Shown: positions 43,031 through 54,185, counted from the whole stretch's first letter. The stretch: 62,971 nt of DNA, filler included, from Licmophora abbreviata (GCA_900291995.1; 17 parts of 17 records of this genome joined end to end with filler, not necessarily neighbours in it); one strand, 5' to 3'. Program-made: numbers and translations. Notes: a model not told the origin generated them from the sequence alone.

Positions 43031-44231
43031 TCACCAGTCCATTGCGTTCGATCAAGGTCATGACACGCCCTTCGAATTGGGTGCGGCGGAATTGGACCAC
43101 GCCCGGCGGGCGCAACTTCACGGTCACCTGCGGCTGTCGCTTGCCATCCCCCTTGAAGACGATGCGGAATACCAATTCACCCAGCCGCCACGATCCATTG
43201 AAGGTCACCGGCATGGAGGCGAAATGTCTGAGCGCTTGCCCGGAAACGTCCCGCGACCGCAGGGTGCGGGCTACACGCGGATATCCACTTTTACCCGGGA
43301 CCATGAAATCGGCGGCCGCCTCGATAATCTGAACGCTCTCGATGGTCGGATCATAACTGTGCCTGAATGTGAAATTGGGCCCCGCAAGCTCGACAGGGCG
43401 CAAGGTGTAGAGGTCTTGCGCGTCATCCCCGTCGAAAAAGCCAGGCCGCTCCAGAATGATCGTCGCAAAGAACTCCGCGATTTCAGCCTGATGCGCTTTG
43501 CGGATGCGTGCGAGCCTCAACATGCCAGTGCTTTCCGAATAGCGCAGAACCGCGTGCGAGATCTGTCTCACGCTGATGACCCGCTCTTGTTGTCCCTCGA
43601 CGACCGGCATGGTCGACACTGTGGCGCCATGGCTGACCACGAGATTGATCTCGTCGCCATCGGCGTAATCACCAACACGGCAGTAATCCCCCTGAAACGC
43701 CTTGCAGAAGAGCTTGCCAACGGCGGCGCGGAACGCCTCCACCTTTTCCCGTGTCAGGTCGATCAGGACACCGCGTTCACGGCCGGCATATTCGTGCAGG
43801 CGATCTGCCGTCATCATTGCCATGTGATCGGCTGCGGCGTCGAAAAGGTCGGGATGTTCCAGGAACACGCGCAGCGCCATGTGCTTGGGGTCATGCGCTG
43901 CCGGTGCGGTTTCGTCATCGCTTGTCTTGAGCTCGGGGAAAAGATCAATACCTGCGCGGTCCGCCTGCGTCAGAATGATCTCGAGGCCGCGTGCATCGCC
44001 CAGCGATGCAATACGGTGCAGGTCTTCGCGCAGCCCCTCAGGATAGCTGTCTTCATCGCCAGCCAGCAATTCCTGCAAGGCTTCGCGGGCCCTGGCCTCC
44101 TCCTGATCAAGGATTGCAGGTGAAAACCCGATATATTCCCCGGCATGGCGCTCCATCAACAGCTTCATGACGGTGAGGTCGATTGTCTTGATGAACCGAG
44201 GGTTCACGAACTTCTTCAAATTGCTGGCCAC
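42990..44231 (-). CDS. Hypothetical protein, first gene of the LexA-box operon
   Basis: About 410-aa ORF; GTG start at 44231 with SD GAGGGAG; overlaps the next gene. Confidence 0.75.
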   Translation of the reverse strand: MASNLKKFVNPRFIKTIDLTVMKLLMERHAGEYIGFSPAILDQEEARAREALQELLAGDEDSYPEGLREDLHRIASLGDARGLEIILTQADRAGIDLFPELKTSDDETAPAAHDPKHMALRVFLEHPDLFDAAADHMAMMTADRLHEYAGRERGVLIDLTREKVEAFRAAVGKLFCKAFQGDYCRVGDYADGDEINLVVSHGATVSTMPVVEGQQERVISVRQISHAVLRYSESTGMLRLARIRKAHQAEIAEFFATIILERPGFFDGDDAQDLYTLRPVELAGPNFTFRHSYDPTIESVQIIEAAADFMVPGKSGYPRVARTLRSRDVSGQALRHFASMPVTFNGSWRLGELVFRIVFKGDGKRQPQVTVKLRPPGVVQFRRTQFEGRVMTLIERNGLVNDRDDFEVVDAAE

Positions 44232-44262
44232 AGCGAATCTCCCTCTGCCCAAGCTCCGAAAA

Positions 44263-44277
44263 GTTCACTATATGTTC
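44263..44277 (-). promoter_or_regulatory. Alphaproteobacterial LexA (SOS) box
   Basis: GTTC-actatat-GTTC matches GTTC-N7-GTTC exactly; overlaps a minus-strand TATAGT -10 with TTGCTG 16 nt upstream. Confidence 0.8.
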
Positions 44278-44309
44278 TCATTTCAATTCAGCAAGACCGA
44301 CACGGGTCG

Positions 44310-44340
44310 TGGGACGCTTTACCGATACCATGAGTAGGAG
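44310..44340 (+). promoter_or_regulatory. Bipartite promoter-like site, copy 2 (TGGGACG-N14-TGAGTAGGAG)
   Basis: Matches 41400-41370; upstream of ORF 44370 and the DUF2924-like gene. Confidence 0.75.
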
Positions 44341-44369
44341 CCTTAGGAGAAGACCGCTCCGAGGCCCCC

Positions 44370-44573
44370 ATGAAACGACCCAACCCACTGCCACCGGACA
44401 AGATGACCGCCATGGAACGGCGCGCAGAAATGTGCCGCCTGCTGGCGCTTGGCCTGATCCGCCTCCACCAGCGGGACTTCGCACAACTATCTGACGTAAA
44501 AGGAGAAAGTTGGCTACACAACTCAGCCGACCAGAGCTTTCATGCAACTCCTATAGAAAAGGAGACCGCATGA
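44370..44573 (+). CDS. Small hypothetical protein
   Basis: MKRPNPLPPDKMT..ERRAE.C.LLALGLIRL; SD GAGG; ATGA overlap with the next gene. Confidence 0.65.
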   Translation: MKRPNPLPPDKMTAMERRAEMCRLLALGLIRLHQRDFAQLSDVKGESWLHNSADQSFHATPIEKETA

Positions 44574-44736
44574 CACACCATGATCCCATCCCGGCGCGAC
44601 TGGCCGCGCTGAAGACTACGTCGACACGCGACCTCAAGGCACAATGGCGCGAGCTGTTCGACAGCGAGCCGCCACCCTTCAACCGACGTTATCTCGAAAG
44701 CCGCCTCGCATACCGCATTCAGGAACTGGCCTATGG
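44570..44736 (+). CDS. DUF2924-like protein (usually upstream of a serine recombinase), truncated
   Basis: LK.QWRELF..EPPPFNRRYLESRLAYRIQELAY; SD AAGGAG. Confidence 0.85.
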
Positions 44737-44836
44737 NNNNNNNNNNNNNNNNNNNNNNNNNNNNNNNNNNNNNNNNNNNNTTAATTAATTAANNNNNNNN
44801 NNNNNNNNNNNNNNNNNNNNNNNNNNNNNNNNNNNN

Positions 44837-47287
44837 CATGGCTTTCTGTTGGGAGACCAGAGACGAGGGCCATCGCGTACGTTGCGGAATTCTTCGTCGT
44901 ACGACTCGCTGCTCTCGATGGGTGCGGTCGTGCAGTGGCGTGACCTTTTGCAGCAGTCGATTCGGCGTGGTCTCTCCAAGCTACGACAGGCATTGGTCAA
45001 CCACCCTCCTCCTTGGTGGCTGCTCTTGACTTCGACGTTTCCGTTTTGCAACTGCAGCAACGCCTTGACGCAGATACAATCTTTCTTTTGGTATCCGCTC
45101 GCCTTATGGTGGACTCTGTGTAGTGTTGAGGACGGACAGGGCGGAGAAAATGGAAATTCTCATTCCAAGGGAGGCGCTTCTCGTACTGTCACCGCCTTGC
45201 CACAGGAAGAAGAACCGGTCCATAGTACCAACGCGAGTCTCAACGAAGAGGATCAACGAAACGATCTCTCTAAAGCTTTCCCGCTTCAGCAGCAACGATA
45301 CCTCGAACTCCTCGTGCACAATGTGTCCCATACTGACATGGTCCTGAGTGTAGAGGCTCCTACAAGTGCGAGTACTATCGAGGAAGACGCAGACAGCGAA
45401 GACGAGTATTGCATGTGCCAGCCACGATTCTCGGCCTTTGACATGTACGCTCGAAGGATTCTGGAGAGTCTCCAAGACAGTACGGGGACATCGTCATCGT
45501 CATCGATTGTTTCGTTTCCTCGCTACGAACGAGCCGGTGATACACGATTCAGCATTGTCACTCCCAAGGCGCCATCGCGACGGACGCAAGTTCCCACAGG
45601 TATTCAATTGCCATACGAGCATGCGGCACTCGAGATCATTCCCGATGAACTCTCAAGTTTGAGATTTCGGGGAAAAGATGCGCCCCGCATGACCGATCCG
45701 AATGCTATGACAACCACCACGTACATGAACTATGTTTTCTTTCCGCTCCTTGCGACCTTGCTGCCCCGATGGCATCAACGCATGCAGGACACACATGCGA
45801 CAAACAACCGTCACCATGTAAAGAAGGTGCTACTGCTTGTGACTGGTGTAGGAACTCCGCGGAACTGGACGCACAGCATAACAGGAAACTCCACTGAGTT
45901 GTGTGCGCAGATCATGGAGAAGTTCGTCGCAATGGTGTATCCGGATGTGACGGTGGTCAGGTAAATCCTGTCTGCTGATCAGGGCCTCGCTCGTATCTTG
46001 TACTTCCTGCCTGTGTCTCAACCCTTTCGTACTGGCCGCTCACACAGAATTCATTCCGACACAAATCTCTTTCGTTACGACGAAAACATACTTTTTGTCA
46101 ACCGGGAGCTTATGCCGTGTATCGACGCGTATCGTGATGCCCATGCTCGTGGACTACCTTACCCAGATGAAAGTGAAAAAAGCGCGTCTCAGATTTTTAC
46201 AAAGACGGACCACCCATTCTCGACCAACTGGAAGCAGTCGTTTTCCGTCACATTGAGTTTCGCGGATGGTTCTCCGGCGCGCACGCACGCAATTCAGGCT
46301 AGTCTACGTCCGTATCGCCCCACATACTTCCATGTTTGGCAGCTGAAGACTTTCTGGCATGATACCAAGATTGTTGATGACGATATTGAAGTACATTCGT
46401 TTGAAGAGATGGAAACTGTTCCAGCCATGGAGACTTCGGAAGTGACTGATGTGGGAGTGCAAATGGTAGTAGAGGAAATAAAGCAGTTTCGACAAAACTT
46501 TCTAGAGACGATTCTGGAGGATCGCAATGACATTCGAAGGTTCTGGCTACGCAAAACGATGAAACCAGTCCTGGCGGTACTCCTGGTGAACGATACCAAT
46601 GGCAAACCTGTCCTCTACCGGGGCACCAACATGGAAGTGAGCATGCCGACAGGATCCTTGTGTGCGGAACGGAACGTTATTGGAAGTGCGCTCGCGATGA
46701 ATCCTGGTTTGAAGCGAGAAGACTTGCGCATGGTGGCAGTACTAGCAGTGCCACTGCCTAGTGATACGAGCAACGTTGAGGAATCCGTTGTTCGGGACCC
46801 CAACATGAGCCGTTCCGATAGCGTGCACAGCTTCTCGAGCATCGTGCAGGATACATCACATGAGGAAGAGGAATGGATCTTGGCACAGGAGGCGCCAACT
46901 ACTGGCGAGGAGCGTGTGGCGAGCCTGGTGACGGCGGCCAGAAACGCTATTTCAGCGAAGGAGCTTCCCATTGGTGCCCCGCCGCTCCATCGAAAACCGT
47001 CGATATCGAGCCCCCCTGGAACTCCCATGCGATGTACGCCCATCTCACTGTATTCCCAGAACAGCGAGACAAACTTGCGAGCTCTTGACAGTAATAGCAA
47101 GACCAGTCGCAAGCAGAAACGTACGGTCCTGCTGAATCACGGCATGAACGATCTCAATCCTCTCATGCCATGTGGCAGCTGCAATGAGTGGCTGAAGAAA
47201 ATTGCCGAGTCGAATCCGTACTTCAAGGTCGTTACGTTCACCGACGCGGAGTGTACGGGGATTTTCATAAATCCCTGCCAAGAGTAA
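44837..47287 (+). CDS. Large protein with a C-terminal cytidine-deaminase-like domain, 2 exons, 5'-truncated
   Basis: GT-AG intron 45961-46047; GTNME..SLCAERN and PCGSC Zn motifs. Confidence 0.75.
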
Positions 47288-47707
47288 AAGTAGTAAGAAA
47301 GCGGCACCCGTTACATGTAGTCAAGTGCTGTGAGAGGCGCTCCTAACGCTAGAAGATTACGAAAAGTACCATGTTTCGAGGGTGATTGAGCTCATGTAGC
47401 TCATGATGCCCGCCTAAGGCTCTTGTGCCATACGTAGTCCCAGGAGCCTAGTCTCGCTGAAGTTGGTAGAGACAACCGTTAGACCCCTCAACAGTCCCTC
47501 ACCTCAATGCGACAGTGGAAAAGTCGATCGAGTCGAACTAGTCCCATTGAGTCGAGTAAGTCGTGACGATCGACTCGACCCACTTCGCGCTTTCGTGGGA
47601 CACACAATGACCGTGGCAGCGCCGTCGAAGCAAGCGGCCATTGATGTAGCCTGTTCTTCGCGATCTCTGTCCCCTTGACGTCCACGCTTGCTGTTCTTAC
47701 GCTCGCC

Positions 47708-48941
47708 ATGCGCCGCACAGCTACTGCGACGCGTTCGAATAGTCTCGAAAGTGCTGCTGACGCGAGTAGCAATCCGACAACGAGTGCTCCCCGACGGCGA
47801 CCAGACGACACTAACACCACGGCCGAGTCGAGCACCATGAGTGCCTCGCTGCTCTTGTCGTCTCGTCAACGGCGGAAGATACCAGGTGGAGATCCGAAAA
47901 GGCGACTACTGCAGTTCTTTCTGTGTCTTCCGTGCATGGGGCTCTTTCTCATGTACGCAGTGTTCCTCTTGCAGCAGCCCTCGTCGGTGGACATGATTCG
48001 AGAGGGCGTGCACGCGTTGGAGCAGTCACTCGTCATCAGCGGGAGTCACACGTCGGAATCGACCATTGTCACTGCTTACTTCCCCTTGGACGGATCCAAG
48101 TACACAAAGGGCACATACAATGACTGGATGAAAACCATGCTCAGTCTGCAGGACAGCATGCTCATCTACACGACGCCAGACATGAAGCCAGTCATGCAAG
48201 AGCTGCGGCGCCACGCTCAAAATCGAACGGAAATCGTCACCTTGCGCAGTATAGAGAACGTTCCCATGTTACAAGAGTTTCAACAGCAGCAACCTGACTT
48301 TTGGATCTCACAACTCCAAAAGGACCCAGAACGACGCCTGCATAAGTCCTATGCGTTATTTCAGATTTGGCTCAGCAAGCCTTGGTTCGTTTCGGATGCT
48401 GCCCGTCGCAATCCATTTGGATCCCAATATTTCGTGTGGAGTGACATTGGCTGTTTTCGAACGAAACAAATACAAAGTATGTATGGAGGTCGTCAGCTAA
48501 TACAACATGTCGACGTGATTCCCTCTTCGAACGTCCTGTTCCTGGCCCATCATGATCCGAATCCGCCCGACACTCCGTGGTGGACGGACAAGATCGTTGA
48601 CAAGCCTCATTTTTATCATTCGGGCAGTGTCATGGCGGGCAATGTGGCAAGTTGGGCCGCATTGTATGATGCCTATGTAGAGACGTTGCGTGGTTATGTG
48701 GAACGGGGCCTCTTTGTAGGAGACGATCAGGTGGTCATGCAGTCTACCTGTCTACAGCATCCAGCTCTTTGTGCGTACATTACGCGGGAGCAGGTCAAGG
48801 ATAATCATTACTTTGGATTGAGGTATGCACTCTTTCAGGGAGGCGAGTATAAGTATTGGCATCCACCCAGCGTGACACAACAGCAGAAGGAGACGACCAC
48901 CTCGAATACCATTGCGGACAAGTCCATCATTGAGTCGAATT
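47708..48941 (+). CDS. Type II membrane protein with HtrL/YibB-like glycosyltransferase domain
   Basis: TM segment, then TIVTAYF, SKPWF..NPFGS.YFVWSDIGCFR and GDDQ. Confidence 0.65.
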
Positions 48942-49041
48942 NNNNNNNNNNNNNNNNNNNNNNNNNNNNNNNNNNNNNNNNNNNNTTAATTAATTAANNN
49001 NNNNNNNNNNNNNNNNNNNNNNNNNNNNNNNNNNNNNNNNN

Positions 49042-49921
49042 ACCGCAGCTACGAGTTATTTATATGGATGATTCCTTTTCCGCATCCTCATTGCAATCTG
49101 CGCCGAATACCGTCGTGACTGCTTACTTTACATTACAAAGCAAGTTTCCCAGTACAGAATACAACAAGTGGATGACGCATATGCTAAGTTTGCAAGATCC
49201 AATGGTGATCTTCACGTCTGCCGCTTTGGTCGACCAAATGAAGAGCTTAAGGAAGCATGCGATGCAGAAGACGGTCATTATTGCAATGGAATTGGAGCAA
49301 GTGCCCTTGGCGCAAGAGTATGATGTCAAGTTTTGGGAGCATCAGTTGGATATCGACCCAGAGAAGAAGCGTCATCAGTCGTATCAGCTCTTCTGGGTAT
49401 GGCTCAGCAAATCTTGGTTTGTGACGGAATCGATTCGGCAGAACTTTTTCGACAGTGACCTGTACATGTGGAGCGACATTGGATGCTTTCGCAGAGGCGT
49501 GTACGATGGGAAGGAAATGATTCAGCATCGTGAACAAATACCGCGTACCGCGATTGTGCAAATGGCTCATCACCCGCCCAATCCACCCCCGACCGTCTGG
49601 TGGAACGACAAGTACAGTCAAAAGGAACACTTCTATCATTCAGGGTCGCAATCGGCTGGGTACAAGGACGTGTGGATAAGATTTCACAACGAGTTCCAAA
49701 AGACGATACACGGCTTCGTAAACAGAAGTATGTTCATGGGAGAAGATCAGGCAGTGATGCAGTCGACGTGTGTGAGAGTTCCTGATCTTTGTGCCTATGT
49801 CCCGCATGATCAAGTACAGCCACATGACAATCACTATTTTGGCTTACGCTATGTCGTCCACCACGGTGGCAGCTACAAGCTATGGAGTCCACCGGCACGA
49901 GCGGAAGGAGGGGTGGAGTGA
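49042..49921 (+). CDS. Second HtrL/YibB-like domain (same gene or tandem paralogue)
   Basis: TVVTAYF, WSDIGCFR, HFYHSGS and DNHYFGLRY are shared with the preceding ORF; frame is open to the contig start. Confidence 0.65.
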
Positions 49922-50428
49922 ACGGCGCTTTGGGACACTGTCTTCGCTGCCGCACTTCGGGGCCAGAACGCACTCTCCCCTCGAGAAGGCAACAAAGTGA
50001 TAAAGGGCAGATACTTCTTGTGTTTGACAACAAATAAAAGACGCATCGTCGCTCCGTCGCAATGATGCAATCGAATGTCCCGTTCGGCGGTGAGTTCGTC
50101 TTGAGAAGCCACCTTAAGTTTCCTTCCCCAGTCAGATCGAATCAAATCGACTCGTTTCACGAGGAGATGCACCTGTACCGACAAGGGTTCGCGGGTACAC
50201 AGCGGCTACGCTACCGTAAGTCTTTTGCAGCTCGTGAACTGGTGGCAGCAGGGTCCCACTACTACGAGGAATGAACGAATGAACACTATGCCGAGAATAG
50301 AAATACAATACTTGTACCGGTACATTGAAAAAGCCTTTATAGAATTATAATTCATCGATCTAAGTCGACGGCTACGTCAACGTTCCCACTGTATAATCAA
50401 TCATTCGGGAACATCGGGATTAGTTTGT

Positions 50429-51582
50429 TCAGGCCTCAGCTTCCACGTCGACAAACTCCATGTCACTTTGCTCCACATCGGTCTCTCCATCATGGATGGA
50501 TGCCATGTACTTGGCGACGTTGGCATCGGACTTCATGAGCTCCTGCAGGGAGGAGGGTGCGTTCTCGGCGAACGGGGGAAGCTTGACCATGTGGCCAGCT
50601 CCGAGATGAAGCTGATCTTCGTCGTCCTCCATGTTCTTGGCGCGACGTTCTTCGGCAGTTCCAATGTAGACCTCGTCACGCTGGAAGCCAGCAATCTTCT
50701 TGTGGCACTCGGCAAGGACCCAGGCTCCATGACAGAGTCCAGTCCACTCCAAGGCAAGACAGATGCGGAGGAAGATGTAGACCAACGGGTTGGACAGAAA
50801 GGCAATAGGGAAGGCCGAAGCGACAAGCTGCCATGCGATGGAACCAACAATGGTGACAATGAGAGCACCGAGCAGGCCAGTGTCGAAGAATTTCTGAAGT
50901 CCGTCCGAAACGCCAAAGATGTTGCTCTCTCCGTCCTCAATCTTGACGGAAGTAATACGGGCAACGAAGAACATGCATGATACGACAGAGAGCTGACGAC
51001 CAATCATGAAACCGGAAAGGTTGTGCGCCTTGCCGCGGAAGAGAAGTTCGCAAGTCAACTTGGCGAATCGAGCATCTCCACGCTCTTCCTTGGTAACCTT
51101 GGCGACGGCAAAGAAGGCAATCTGCATACCCTCAAGCATACCGACGACGCACAAGAGGACGAAGAAGATGACAACAGAGGCACCGGCAGGGAAGAAGGAC
51201 CAGATGGTGGTCTTGCCGTCGAACNNNNNNNNNNNNNNNNNNNNNNNNNNNNNNNNNNNNNNNNNNNNTTAATTAATTAANNNNNNNNNNNNNNNNNNNN
51301 NNNNNNNNNNNNNNNNNNNNNNNNGTAGGTGATGGGGTGGCTTTCCTTGTAGAGCTCTCTGTTGACAGGTGCGAGTCCGACCAATGCGCCTTGGCCTCCC
51401 TCAACCATGGTAAGCCAGGCAACTGCGATGATTAGCAGGATGAAGGCGAAGGCAGGGTGCACATCCAGGGAGACCTTGGTCTGTTCGGTGAAGATGAGAC
51501 CAGCAACGATGGCCACTGAGAAGACCAGTAGGATCATCGAGTACGTGTACTTGAAGATCGCAAGGGGGCTGTTTCCGCGCAT
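50429..51582 (-). CDS. SIT: Diatom silicon transporter, middle missing in gap
   Basis: EGGQ, LEGMQIAFFAVAK, FMIGRQL and AGFQRDEVYIGT: the GXQ motifs diagnostic of SITs. Confidence 0.95.
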
Positions 51583-52458
51583 CTTGAGATATTGTTTTGC
51601 TGTTTAGCTTCTGTCGTTCAAGAAAGAGATGGAAGAACCAGAGGACAAGAGCTGTGAGTGTGCTGCTGTAAGAACTGGCTTAGCCATCATGCGTCGTCCC
51701 CAAGAACTGACTCTACTCACCTGCTGAGCGCAAGTCACTATTCACAATCGACTGTCGAGAAGATTGTGTGAGGATTGTTGTTGCCGAAAATTTGTGACAG
51801 GCGTGACGGCCGAATCGCAAAACTATCGAACTTATAACGGTTGAAATAACCGTTTTCCTTATATCAGTCCAATCTCTCTTAAGTAGTACGAATCTTCTAC
51901 GTTTAGGGAAGTTGCAGTAGACGTAGAACCACACGTTGCTGACTACCAATCTTGCAAATGAGTTTAAATAGCCATCCCTTAAACACACTATCAATATATT
52001 TTTGCGATTGCGATCGCCAATGCTCACTTTCGGTGAGACTTCTGTGAAATGAAAGGCCGCTGCTGACTCGCAGAGTAGAAACTACTTATGGAAGGCCACT
52101 GAATTTCAGCCAGGATTTAGCTCCTGATATATCAAAATCTTGATATATTATAAATGCATGTTTCAGCGAGAGAGTAGAAAGAAGCGCTCGCCGGCCTTCG
52201 ATAACGTTGCCATGAGCGAGCTCGTGGTCATGGAGAAGAGAGCACGATTCCATGCGAAGAAGAGAAAGTCCACCGTGCGTCCGCGTCACTCCACAACACG
52301 AAGTTCAAATTATGATGCGCGGTACCTGGAACCGGCAGTAGACTACGACTGTGGTACATACTCTTTACGCTTCCGCCGCTCTCACACAATTAGTTCCTTT
52401 GAAGTTGTACGTCTCATATGTTGTAGTCCAGTCTCTTGAGCAGGGCGCATATCCAGTG

Positions 52459-53133
52459 ATGACTTCTGCAAGTTTGGGGAGTAAAAGTAGATTCCTTCTT
52501 CTCTTGACGACGACAGCGACGGAAATCAACCATCACCCCCCGTTGGCTTGTGCGCGTCTCCTGTCATCGAACTCGTTCCTCAACGACCCATGTCCTTTTC
52601 AAGTACTGGGTGTCGAGCGGAACGGACCGTACGATACCGTCAAGAAGGCGTTCGTGAAGTTGGCCCTCCTGCATCATCCCGATGTGGCCATGGCCAAGCA
52701 CAATACGCCTCGAACACGGCAGAACAGCTCATCCACAGATGATCACGATACGTTTCTAAGGATTCGACGAGCTTTCGAAACGATTCAGAATGAGAATGGT
52801 CAGGCTGTGTATAGACAGACTCGCACTTCTACTGGTAATGAAGGTCACTGGACGGACGAGAGTCTCGCGACGTGGTTTCAACAGCAAACTGGTCGACACT
52901 TGTCTTTTCACATGGACTCTTCCACGCGACGACAAGTGGCTGCTGTGGCTAATACCATGGCGCCGGGAGGTCTAGATAAAGGGGGTATGTGGGAGCTGGC
53001 GCAAAGCGTAGCAAGACAGGAAAATCAGACGGGAAATGTGATGGATCCTCTGGCGATCTCGACTGAGTCCTCATGCGATACGTCGTCGCCGTCGCCCTCC
53101 TCTACTAGGCGTGCACGACGGAAGCGCAAGTAA
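52459..53133 (+). CDS. DnaJ-domain protein
   Basis: PFQVLGV..VKKAFVKLALLHHPD..FLRIRRAFE. Confidence 0.85.
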   Translation: MTSASLGSKSRFLLLLTTTATEINHHPPLACARLLSSNSFLNDPCPFQVLGVERNGPYDTVKKAFVKLALLHHPDVAMAKHNTPRTRQNSSSTDDHDTFLRIRRAFETIQNENGQAVYRQTRTSTGNEGHWTDESLATWFQQQTGRHLSFHMDSSTRRQVAAVANTMAPGGLDKGGMWELAQSVARQENQTGNVMDPLAISTESSCDTSSPSPSSTRRARRKRK

Positions 53134-53225
53134 AAGTCCATTGGAAGATGGTTTTGCTAAAGGTTAAAATTACTAAGATAGACCATGTGTATTCTGTCGA
53201 GACTCTTTGGAGAGGGTGCCTGAAA

Positions 53226-54185
53226 TTATTGATGCTGTTGTGGTTGTTGTTCGCCATGACGATAGTCGCTTTTTTGTCGTTGGTCATACAAAGGAGGAGG
53301 CCGAACCGATGCCCATTCAAAGAGACCATCCAGATAGCAAGATTTGGGAGACTTGCCACCAATATCGGATTGGACTCCTGTTGGAGAGTTCCTCTTTTGA
53401 CTGAATGGGGAGAAAGAGTATCCTGGGACTCGACGGGACGAGGCTGGAGACGACGGGGGCGCTTGGGGGTGGTAAGATTCATTGGAATGGCGGCGAGCCA
53501 TAGCTGATATATGCTGACTGTCCAATGCCAATGAGTAGTGATATCTTGCAGAAGCTGATCGACCATGGGAGGCCAGCGGAAAGTGGTGTTGGGCATCGGG
53601 TTTGTGTACCATTCCCGTACTGTTTCTCCTTGTCAAATGCGGTGGTGGCTTACTTTCGAAATTCGGTCGAAAGGAAGTGAAACCCTGTGTCATCTCATTT
53701 CGCCCAGAAATCTGGAGTTGTGCGTCATGGCGATACCTGTCCGCTGCCGTTGGACCTTGACCGCAACGAAGACGTGTGGGCGTGGCACGCGACACGGAGC
53801 GACTCCGGGGAAGACGGAAGGCAGCGGCACCTTCAGAAACGAATCCAGAGATCTCCCGCTGCAAAGAAGATACCCCTTCACGAACCGCGTTCGTAAAGCT
53901 GTTTCTCCGTTCTACACTTTGGCGGCGGGGCCGCTGCAATGGTTTCCTTGGAAACTCTTCAAGCAACTCACCGTGTGTATGTTGTGATCTCTTGTTGGTT
54001 CTGTGTTTGTTGTTGGTGGGCTGCCGTCGCTGCCAGTTTCGTTCAATGTCACGTGGTGTGATGCGATGGTCTCTCTGGACAACTTGCATGTTGACAATGA
54101 CAACAGACTGTTGCGCATAAAGTTGATGTTGGACTACGTCGTAGAGTCCTGCATCCTCTTCGAGAGATTCGATCGACGAGTCCAT
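53226..54185 (-). CDS. Hypothetical Arg/Ser-rich protein
   Basis: 319-aa ATG ORF with no recognised domain. Confidence 0.45.
   Translation of the reverse strand: MDSSIESLEEDAGLYDVVQHQLYAQQSVVIVNMQVVQRDHRITPRDIERNWQRRQPTNNKHRTNKRSQHTHGELLEEFPRKPLQRPRRQSVERRNSFTNAVREGVSSLQREISGFVSEGAAAFRLPRSRSVSRATPTRLRCGQGPTAADRYRHDAQLQISGRNEMTQGFTSFRPNFESKPPPHLTRRNSTGMVHKPDAQHHFPLASHGRSASARYHYSLALDSQHISAMARRHSNESYHPQAPPSSPASSRRVPGYSFSPFSQKRNSPTGVQSDIGGKSPKSCYLDGLFEWASVRPPPLYDQRQKSDYRHGEQQPQQHQ

Larger units (their letters stand above)
21225..44736. mobile_element. Alphaproteobacterial lambda-like prophage, partial (5 contigs)
   Basis: Intronless, tightly overlapping genes with SD sites; capsid/protease, terminase, MTase, primase-helicase, helicase, sigma factor and DUF2924-like gene in colinear order. 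Confidence 0.93.

Noticed and set aside
37121..44123. Long plus-strand ORFs (for example 37121-38638 and 42816-44123)
   Set aside because: They are antisense shadows of GC3-rich minus-strand genes and have no motifs.
21225..44736. Gene transfer agent cluster
   Set aside because: It has its own replication module, a GpA-type cos terminase and a recombination-associated gene, unlike RcGTA-type clusters.
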